From the NCBI GenBank assembly GCA_017396845.1, contig JAFQKQ010000107.1:3453-67452 (forward strand): DNA of 64,000 nucleotides, given 5' to 3'. Below, piece after piece: positions 57,408 to 64,000 of the stretch (positions are counted from its first letter, which is position 1; each line of letters starts with the position of its first letter). This DNA comes from Clostridia bacterium (GTDB taxonomy: Bacteria > Bacillota > Clostridia > Christensenellales > Aristaeellaceae). The notes below the pieces were generated by a model. That model did no database searches. It was not told the DNA's origin and saw only the letters and a program-made list of their open reading frames with translations. The translations under genes were made by a program, and so were the position numbers.

Positions 57408-58279
57408 ACGGCATATTGATGGACATCAAGCGCATGGCCGTTCACGATGGACCGGGATTGCGCACGACGCTCTTTTTAAAGGGCTGTCCGCTCAGCTGTA
57501 TCTGGTGCCATAACCCCGAAGGTCAAGACATGAAGCCTCAAATCGCGTGGTTTTCTCATAAATGCGTATCCTGCGATCTGTGCACACGCGCGTGCCCCTT
57601 TCAAGGCGCGCGCGATATGAAAGACCGCGATAAGTGCATCGTCTGCGGCAAGTGCGTATCCGCCTGTCCAACGGGCGCACGTAAGCTCTATGGGCGTGAA
57701 ATCACGCCGGAAGAAGCGCTTGCCATCGCGCTTGAAGACCGCGTCTTCTATGGAACCGTCGGCGGCATAACGCTGTCCGGAGGCGAACCGCTCATGCAGC
57801 CGGATTTTGCACTCAAAGTACTTGAGGACGCAAAAAAAGCAGGAATAACCACGTGTCTTGACACCTGCGGTTACGCCCCCTGGGGCGTATTTGAAAAAAC
57901 TCTTGACATATGCGATACATATCTTTACGACATTAAGCACATGGACGACGCTATGCACACGGCGCTCACCGGAAAAGGAAACGCGTTCATCTTGAGTAAT
58001 CTTAAAAAGCTTTCCGAACGCGGCGCAAGAATCCAGATTCGAATACCGCTCATTCCGAACATAAACGATTCGCCTGAGCACATCGCTCATGTTGCCAAAT
58101 TTCTGAAATCCGTGCATCCCGAATGCGTAAAGGTTCTTCCCTATCACCAGATGGCGCGCATGAAATATTTGGCGCTGGGTCTTGCCGATCCCCTCCCCGA
58201 GAGTGCGGATGATCTTACCAAACGCGCAGAACGCGCTAAAGATCAGCTGATCACGGCCGGGCTTAAGGCGTATATCTGA
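57404..58279 (+). CDS. glycyl-radical enzyme activating enzyme (radical SAM, with two auxiliary 4Fe-4S motifs)
   Basis: The radical SAM motif is CPLSCIWCHNPE (CxxxCxxC). The ferredoxin-like motifs are CVSCDLCTRACP and CIVCGKCVSACP. The ATG overlaps the upstream stop as ATGA. Confidence 0.9.
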   Translation: MNGILMDIKRMAVHDGPGLRTTLFLKGCPLSCIWCHNPEGQDMKPQIAWFSHKCVSCDLCTRACPFQGARDMKDRDKCIVCGKCVSACPTGARKLYGREITPEEALAIALEDRVFYGTVGGITLSGGEPLMQPDFALKVLEDAKKAGITTCLDTCGYAPWGVFEKTLDICDTYLYDIKHMDDAMHTALTGKGNAFILSNLKKLSERGARIQIRIPLIPNINDSPEHIAHVAKFLKSVHPECVKVLPYHQMARMKYLALGLADPLPESADDLTKRAERAKDQLITAGLKAYI

Positions 58280-58342
58280 ACGGTTTCATAACCGCAAATA
58301 AAGCAATATCCCTTAAGCAGGCATTACCATCGCCTCAATCCC

Positions 58343-58399
58343 AAAAGCGCAGCGCCTCCCCGCTTTCTTTGGATTCCAGCGGGGAGGCGCTGCGCTTTT
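58343..58399. terminator. strong bidirectional terminator
   Basis: A perfect 22-bp stem, AAAAGCGCAGCGCCTCCCCGCT...AGCGGGGAGGCGCTGCGCTTTT. Confidence 0.8.
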
Positions 58400-58407
58400 A
58401 TGTTCCC

Positions 58408-58833
58408 TTAAGCGGGAAACTCGATATCATACCGCGTTCCGTTTGAAAAAAGCACGCCGTCTGTCAGGCGAATTTTGAGCAAGCAGGTGTTTGCGTCTTC
58501 TTCGTTGGTATGGCCGTTATCATACCATGCGGCGAAAGCAGCGCGGAGGATTTTCATGGTTTCTTCGTTTTCCGGAAGCAGAACATGGCCTAAATTTTCT
58601 CCAACGCCGTGGGCGGTGAACCAGTCACCGCTGATTGCCGTCTTCGGATTTTTTTCGATTTGCTTCATCTTTCCGGACAGCGCATAGGTTATCATATAAA
58701 AAGCGCCGTCTATATATACCGCGTCCACCGTGCGCACATGCGGCATGCCGTTTTCTACAGTGGCAAGGGCGATCAGCGAATCTTTGCCGAAGCGTTCGGT
58801 GAGGATTTTTTCCGTGATTTCATTATGCTTCAT
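58408..58833 (-). CDS. pyridoxamine 5-prime-phosphate oxidase-like (FMN-binding split-barrel) family protein
   Basis: A 141-aa protein with the general-stress-protein-26-like pattern ...LATV..G.PH.R.V......F....... AGGAGG RBS. Confidence 0.75.
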   Translation of the reverse strand: MKHNEITEKILTERFGKDSLIALATVENGMPHVRTVDAVYIDGAFYMITYALSGKMKQIEKNPKTAISGDWFTAHGVGENLGHVLLPENEETMKILRAAFAAWYDNGHTNEEDANTCLLKIRLTDGVLFSNGTRYDIEFPA

Positions 58834-58937
58834 AAAGACGCCTCCTAACCGCGTTTCTGATGCTTTTAAATGCTTTAGCTTCCCTTTAAGGAAAGGGAAG
58901 CTTGAAAGCTGTTATGTTTTGCACTTGTTTTTATCTA

Positions 58938-59342
58938 TCAGGCGCCCAGGTTCATGTCGGTCTGCCAGATCACTACGTTCAGGTCCGCATCAACCCTTAC
59001 GTGGAATACGATGGTGTACATTGCCTGCTCGCTGCCGGTGCGGGCGTAGCTGAGGGTGATCTCGCTGAAGCCTTCCTGAATGCCGTCAAAGCGGAACCAG
59101 TACGTGCCGCCTGCGCCGAGGAGATCGCTTTCGGCGTGGTAGTCCATGAGAACGGATACGGTGTCTTCATCTTCCACGGAAGCAGTCCAGGTGTAACCGG
59201 TCGTGGGATTGCCATTCAGGTAGAATTCCGGCGAGAGCGCGAGCGCAGCGTCTCCTTCATACTCTGCAAAAGCGGCGGTAAAGGTGAGAACCAGGATCAT
59301 CATCACTGCAAACAGGGCCTTCATGGTAAAATTTCTCTTCAT
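58938..59342 (-). CDS. secreted chagasin-type (I42 family) cysteine-protease inhibitor
   Basis: NPTTGYTW is the I42 signature. The signal peptide is MKALFAVMMILVLTFTAAFA. The start is uncertain: 59342 is preferred on RBS spacing, but the ORF extends to 59363. Confidence 0.8.
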   Translation of the reverse strand: MKRNFTMKALFAVMMILVLTFTAAFAEYEGDAALALSPEFYLNGNPTTGYTWTASVEDEDTVSVLMDYHAESDLLGAGGTYWFRFDGIQEGFSEITLSYARTGSEQAMYTIVFHVRVDADLNVVIWQTDMNLGA

Positions 59343-59670
59343 TTTATTCATTCTCCTTTTCATTTTGAATTCTCTTATTCTTGTATGTGTGATTGGATTT
59401 CTTAAACAGGAAACTGCCGATCAAACCCATTTGTGATTGCTTCTTGCCTTGAACGTTTGTTTTCCATTCCCTTTACATAATAACCGCTCCCTTCTTTTTG
59501 ACGGTATCTTGTTTTCGAATTCTGTGTGCTGAATGGTTTTCAGCAGCCGGTGCGTTGTTCCTGTTTGTCTTTCGTCTATTTATACGATCAAGTTCGCGTT
59601 GTGGCCGCAAATAAAAAAGATTTTTGATAATTATCTGATCTTTTTTTTGCTGCCGGAGCGCCGCGTTATT

Positions 59671-60369
59671 TCAGGGCTCGGCCTTGGGAAGCGGCCTGTG
59701 CGCAATACGGTCAAAACGCCTGTTTTCGCACCAGTACACGATGTTTTCCGTCACGTCAAATACCATGGAAACAACGGTCGGGCATACTTCCTGTGAAACC
59801 GCCCTGAGTACCGAAAAGCAGTCCGGTACGTCAAAATCGTCTCCGGCTTCCCGAAGCATTTTTTCGGCGGTTTTATACCTGTCCCAGCCCATCCACGGAT
59901 GCGTTTCGCGGTCCATCTTAAAGGGCGAGAAATTGGTCAATACGGCGTATTCCGGCTTTTCAAGGTACTTTACGCCCTGTCCCGGAACAATCCAAAGCAT
60001 ATTTCCGTTTTTGTCGGAAAGCGCGCCCATGAACGTAACGCCCGGCACGCTGCATACGGGCATATTTTCGGCAATCGCCCGCGTTTCCGAAAATGTATGC
60101 TTCTTAAGCAAAAGATCGATATCGATCATAATGATATTCCGCTCATCGGAAACGGGATTGCTTCTTTCGTCAAACGGGTGGCAGGTGGGCATGCCGACAA
60201 AATCCCCTCTGTCGTTCGCGCCGAAGAGGGGAAGCCAGCCTTCCTTTGCATCGTTGATTTCGATAAATACGCCTGCGTCCGAAGGAGTGACGCGGTATTC
60301 AAGATCCAAAATATCCAGATTCCAGCCGACGATCGTTTTACCGCGGTTCGACACAATGCTCGTACACAT
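59671..60369 (-). CDS. Ntn hydrolase of the choloylglycine hydrolase / linear amide C-N hydrolase type, short form (232 aa)
   Basis: With the start at ATG 60369 (after AGGGAGA) the protein begins MCTSIV, placing the nucleophile Cys at position 2 as in BSH/PVA enzymes. Confidence 0.7.
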   Translation of the reverse strand: MCTSIVSNRGKTIVGWNLDILDLEYRVTPSDAGVFIEINDAKEGWLPLFGANDRGDFVGMPTCHPFDERSNPVSDERNIIMIDIDLLLKKHTFSETRAIAENMPVCSVPGVTFMGALSDKNGNMLWIVPGQGVKYLEKPEYAVLTNFSPFKMDRETHPWMGWDRYKTAEKMLREAGDDFDVPDCFSVLRAVSQEVCPTVVSMVFDVTENIVYWCENRRFDRIAHRPLPKAEP

Positions 60370-60391
60370 GACATTCTCCCTGCACAAATTC

Positions 60392-61300
60392 CTACTTTCG
60401 GTTGGGTCTTCTCTTGATTTTCAGCATCCTGATGATATCGTCTATATCCGTATTTTCATCAAGCGCTATCCAGAGCCATTTTCCGTCGTGCAGCGATTTC
60501 GTCTGGTCATAGATATTCAGTATCGGCTGCGAAATGCTCCCGCGGATTTTTTCAAACTTTTCTCTCTCGGCTTTTCCGTAAGTAATCAGTATAACGGCGC
60601 GATTCTCCTTTGCATAAAAGGTGCAAAGCGTTTTCCCGCCGCGCCTGTACTTGTATTCGATTTTCCAATCGCCGAAGCCCTTATCCCACAGCCTGTCCGT
60701 ATCGTACAGCGCTTCTACGGCGCTCGTCCATTCGTTCCATATGCAAAGGACTTTGGGCGGCAAAAGCTCATTCAGACGGTTTTTCATATTCTCCCATTCC
60801 CTGCGCGTAATGGCATATACAAACAGTATTCGATCCGCTTCATCCTCATATTCCTTGATTTTCCGCATGCCGATGGAAGAGGCGGCGCCATACGAGCCGG
60901 CATTGGTATATTTCATATAGGAATACAGGCAGGGGTAATCGGTATTTTCAAACGCCCAGTCGCGAACGGCTTTGGCTGCTTCCTTGGCATAACCCTTCCG
61001 CCAGTGATTTTTGTGAATATGGTAGCCGATTTCGGGAAGCGTGCAGCCATCGATATTCTGAAGGGTAATTCCGCAGTCTCCGATGAATTCACCGGTTTCC
61101 TTTAAAACAATCGCCCACAGGCCGAAGCCATACTTTTCGTAATTGTCAAGGCTCCACTGAATCCAGCGTCTGACCCCGTTTTCGTCGTAGGGCTTGGGAT
61201 AATGCGCCATGGTTACGGGGTCGGAGAGGATTTCATAAAGCGCAGGGAAATCATCCCATGTGTACGTACGAAGTATAAGTCTGTCCGTTTCAATGATCAT
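60392..61300 (-). CDS. GNAT N-acetyltransferase fused to a C-terminal DUF3788-like domain
   Basis: The N-terminus has ETDRLILRTYTWDDF... and WRKGYAKEAAKAV. The C-terminal 130 aa (...KIEYKYRRGGKTLCTFYAKEN...WLWI...) resemble DUF3788, identified from memory. Confidence 0.8.
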   Translation of the reverse strand: MIIETDRLILRTYTWDDFPALYEILSDPVTMAHYPKPYDENGVRRWIQWSLDNYEKYGFGLWAIVLKETGEFIGDCGITLQNIDGCTLPEIGYHIHKNHWRKGYAKEAAKAVRDWAFENTDYPCLYSYMKYTNAGSYGAASSIGMRKIKEYEDEADRILFVYAITRREWENMKNRLNELLPPKVLCIWNEWTSAVEALYDTDRLWDKGFGDWKIEYKYRRGGKTLCTFYAKENRAVILITYGKAEREKFEKIRGSISQPILNIYDQTKSLHDGKWLWIALDENTDIDDIIRMLKIKRRPNRK

Positions 61301-61327
61301 AGCATTCTCCCGCCCATTGCGTTTGCT

Positions 61328-62209
61328 TTACAGATCCACGCCAAGAAACTTCTTTGCCAATATGCCTACGATAAACGACAGCACCGCCACAGAAACGCTG
61401 ATTCCCGCCATTTCCAGAAAACGGGATTTAAAGCGCTTGCCCTGCGCAACGGAGGTATAGTAGGTAAATCCCGCGATAATCAGAATCACAGCCGCCAGCA
61501 TGCATATGAGGGCCGGTATAAACTGCCCTGCGGGCATCAAAAGATAGGGCGCAATCAGAATGATCACCGTGAGCAGATACGCAATTCCCGTGTAGCTGCA
61601 GGATTTCAGCGCATCGCTTCGGCCTTCGCTCCGGGCGGCCAGAAATTCGCTGGAGGCCATGGAGAATGTTGCGGATATGCCGACAATCAAACCGGACAAG
61701 GCGATGAGCTTGTTGTTCTGAAGCGCAAATACAAACCCGGCCAAAGAGCCCGTGAGCTCCACCAGCGCGTCGTTAAGTCCCAGCACCATGCTGCCCACAT
61801 ATTGAAGCCGCTCTTCATCCAGCATTTCAAGAAGCGCTTTTTCGTGCTCCTCCTCCTCCCGGCGGATCATCGCGCTCTCCGGAACCTCCTTTGACAGAAG
61901 GGTATATTCATCCTGCGCATGCTCTTCGCCCTTTTCCATCAGCTTTACGGCAAATGTGAATCCCAGCGTACGAGCGAGAAAGGCATATTTGAAAATCTTG
62001 CCCTTTTCCGGCTTCATCTTAACGCCGGAATATTTTTCCCAGATCCGGTAATGCGCCCGTTCCTCGGAAGCCAGGCGCATGAGCGTCGCCTTATTTTCCT
62101 CTCCTTTAGCAAAAGAAGCGATCTTTTCGTATATGCAGCTCTCCGTAAGCTCATTCTGCTGCATCTTTTTAATGATTTTCAGTACCTCAGGGGATATTCT
62201 CTTCTCCAC
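61328..62209 (-). CDS. VIT1/CCC1-family iron/manganese transporter with an N-terminal ferritin-like domain
   Basis: The N-terminal ExxH-type ferritin-like helices are E..ERAHY and EEEHEKAL. Five TM helices at the C-terminus are typical of VIT1. The GTG start lies 8 nt after AGGAGG. Confidence 0.8.
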   Translation of the reverse strand: MEKRISPEVLKIIKKMQQNELTESCIYEKIASFAKGEENKATLMRLASEERAHYRIWEKYSGVKMKPEKGKIFKYAFLARTLGFTFAVKLMEKGEEHAQDEYTLLSKEVPESAMIRREEEEHEKALLEMLDEERLQYVGSMVLGLNDALVELTGSLAGFVFALQNNKLIALSGLIVGISATFSMASSEFLAARSEGRSDALKSCSYTGIAYLLTVIILIAPYLLMPAGQFIPALICMLAAVILIIAGFTYYTSVAQGKRFKSRFLEMAGISVSVAVLSFIVGILAKKFLGVDL

Positions 62210-62238
62210 GCATCATTCCTCCTAAAGCGGTTTTCTTT

Positions 62239-62267
62239 ATTATATAGGAACAAAGCAATAGTTACAA
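62239..62267 (-). promoter_or_regulatory. candidate promoter of the VIT1-family gene
   Basis: The minus strand reads TTGTAA, a 17-nt spacer, then TATAAT. Confidence 0.5.
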
Positions 62268-62320
62268 TATATAAGGCTTTGAAATTTTAATGGGATTCCA
62301 GACATGCGCGAAAAACTGCA

Positions 62321-62349
62321 TTGACAATAATGATAAGAGCTGATACTAT
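62321..62349 (+). promoter_or_regulatory. candidate promoter of the GNAT gene at 62460
   Basis: TTGACA, a 17-nt spacer, then TACTAT. Confidence 0.55.
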
Positions 62350-62459
62350 TATGCTGCACCTGCTTATGCGATATTTCAGGAAATAGAACAAGCGGCAGAG
62401 CATATCAATCGGCTGCCTGTACATTCAAGAAAATAATTCATGGAAAACGAGGGATTCCT

Positions 62460-63116
62460 ATGAATCAGGACATCATCATCCGTCTTGAAACGGAAAAAGA
62501 TTTTCGGGAAGTAGAAGCGCTCACCCGCGAGGCGTTCTGGAACGTATATAAACCGGGCGCAGACGAGCACTATTTCGTTCATACCATGCGTTCGCATCCG
62601 GATTTTATCCCGGCGCTTGCGTTCGTCGCCGAAAAGGGCGGAAAAATTATCGGCAATATTATGTATACAAAAGCATGGCTTGAGGATGAAAACGGCGAAA
62701 GAAAAGAAATTCTCTCCTTTGGTCCGATCTCCGTTGCGCCCGAATTTCAGAGGCAGAAGGTAGGAAAAAAACTGATTCAGTATTCCTTTGAAAAAGCGCG
62801 CTTGATGGGCTACGATGTAAACATCAACTTCGGAAATCCCGGAAATTACGTAAGCTGCGGCTTTGTAAGCTGCAAAAAGAAGAACGTAAGCTTTGTCGTA
62901 AAAGACAATTTCCCCACGGCACTCCTCGTATGCGAGCTCGTTCCCGGCGTGCTTGACGGTAAAAAGTGGATGTATATCCCCTCCTCCGCCGCCGACTGCT
63001 GCGATGATACGGAAGCAGTAGAGGCCTTCGACGCAGGTTTCCCGCCAAAGGAAAAAGCCTGGGCGCCGAGCCAGGAAGAGTTTTACATCTACAGTCATTC
63101 TTCGGTAGTAAGATAA
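62460..63116 (+). CDS. GNAT family N-acetyltransferase (YhbS-like)
   Basis: FGPISVAPEFQRQKVGKKLI is motif A, and the size and layout fit. Confidence 0.8.
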   Translation: MNQDIIIRLETEKDFREVEALTREAFWNVYKPGADEHYFVHTMRSHPDFIPALAFVAEKGGKIIGNIMYTKAWLEDENGERKEILSFGPISVAPEFQRQKVGKKLIQYSFEKARLMGYDVNINFGNPGNYVSCGFVSCKKKNVSFVVKDNFPTALLVCELVPGVLDGKKWMYIPSSAADCCDDTEAVEAFDAGFPPKEKAWAPSQEEFYIYSHSSVVR

Positions 63117-63197
63117 ACAGGAAAGCACCGCTTGCGTTTCAAACGCTGTTAAGCGGCGCTGCTTTTCGCAAATAAACGCGGAATTACGGGGGATTAT

Positions 63198-63743
63198 ATG
63201 AAAAAATTGTCCGAAATGACCTTAGAGGAATTATGGGCGCTGTTTCCGATTATCCTTACCGAGCATGATGAACGCTGGAGCGATTGGTATAACGATGAGG
63301 AAGCCTGTCTAAAACCGCTGCTTCCCGGAAGCGCAAAAATCCATCATATCGGCAGCACCGCCGTATCCGGCATTTGGGCAAAACCGATTATCGATATTCT
63401 GATTGAAACTGCCGATGAAAACGAATTGGCGTCCGCCGTTGCCGTTCTTAAGAAAAACGGCTATCTCCTTATGAACCAAACCTCCGCGCGCGCTTCTCTC
63501 AATAAAGGGTATACGCAGCAGGGATTTGCGGAAAAAGTGTTTCACATCCATATTCGCTTATGCGGAGATAACGACGAAATATATTTCCGAAACTATCTGA
63601 ACGAAAACCGGGATGCGGCAAAGGAATATGAGGCGCTCAAGTTACAGCTTTGGAAGAGATTTGAACACGACAGGGACGGGTATACAGCCGCCAAAGCGGA
63701 GATGGTAAAAAAATACACGGAAATTGCAAAAAAGAAGTATTGA
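63198..63743 (+). CDS. GrpB (UPF0157) family protein
   Basis: HHIGSTAVSGIWAKPIIDILI and FHIHI are typical GrpB motifs. Confidence 0.85.
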   Translation: MKKLSEMTLEELWALFPIILTEHDERWSDWYNDEEACLKPLLPGSAKIHHIGSTAVSGIWAKPIIDILIETADENELASAVAVLKKNGYLLMNQTSARASLNKGYTQQGFAEKVFHIHIRLCGDNDEIYFRNYLNENRDAAKEYEALKLQLWKRFEHDRDGYTAAKAEMVKKYTEIAKKKY

Positions 63744-63802
63744 AAGCGGGCTTTATGAAAGAGGCGGCGCGAAATCAAGAGAAGGGGTTCTGAATCTTAC
63801 AA

Positions 63803-63835
63803 AAAGGATACCGCCGTTTGACAGCGGTATCCTTT
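63803..63835 (+). terminator. rho-independent terminator-like hairpin after the GrpB gene
   Basis: AAAGGATACCGC...GCGGTATCCTTT is a 12-bp stem. The T-tract lies largely within the stem. Confidence 0.6.
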
Positions 63836-64000
63836 AACTTTCAATTTCTTTTGCATTTATCAAATTCCCGCAAAACGCGGCATAAGCGTTCCTGCTCCGC
63901 ATTTGTCTTTAAAAGAGCAATTCTTAGCGCTTAAGGGGGCTGCCCCTGCTCCGTCCTCTTGCCCTCCCGGCTTCTCAAAGAGTTTCAGCCGTTTATTTCA

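Noticed and set aside
1-64000. A search for mobile-element hallmarks, RNA genes and defence systems.
   Set aside because: - No transposase, integrase, recombinase or phage structural gene was seen.
- No reverse transcriptase and no long terminal inverted repeats were seen.
- No ORF has nuclease/helicase or other defence-like motifs.
- No tRNA-like or rRNA-like sequence was recognised.
- The accessory-looking segments (42.4-48.5 kb and 58.4-63.8 kb) lack visible insertion boundaries.

Overview
This window reads as chromosomal DNA from a moderately GC-rich anaerobic Firmicute, probably a Clostridia or Oscillospiraceae-like organism. That placement is inferred from strong AGGAGG-type ribosome-binding sites (RBS), sigma-A type promoters, a hisZ-containing his operon, a superoxide reductase and a glycyl-radical enzyme. 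No database search was run. Protein family names come from motifs I recognise in the ORF translations.

Housekeeping genes:
- gltX
- a complete nine-gene histidine operon, hisZGDCBHAF-IE, on the minus strand (8740-16092)
- argS
- an ABC-F ATPase
- an iron/siderophore-type ABC importer
- a spermidine/putrescine potABCD operon with an XRE-cupin regulator

Carbohydrate genes are loosely scattered: a GH130 phosphorylase, two Gfo/Idh/MocA oxidoreductases, a class I mannose-6-phosphate isomerase, a GH4 glycosidase and a GH2-like protein.

Accessory-looking content:
- a 943-aa membrane-anchored coiled-coil protein with perfect 42-bp tandem repeats
- a 947-aa BspA-type leucine-rich-repeat (LRR) surface protein with a 24-bp x 8 Pro/Thr linker
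- five GNAT acetyltransferases, one fused to an aminoglycoside-nucleotidyltransferase-like module and one to a DUF3788-like domain
- an HTH-desulfoferrodoxin fusion
- a short Ntn hydrolase
- a chagasin-type protease inhibitor

The most interesting locus is 48.5-58.3 kb. It holds a membrane-embedded AraC-type sensor/regulator, an LplABC-type sugar ABC importer and a roughly 700-bp non-coding region with an 84-bp x 3 structured tandem repeat. These are followed by a short glycyl-radical enzyme whose putative thiyl-Cys loop (G-C-Y-N) lacks the catalytic Glu of known eliminases, then its activase.

I saw no rRNA, tRNA, CRISPR array, transposase or integrase. Many long ORFs in the track are codon-aligned antisense shadows of real genes.
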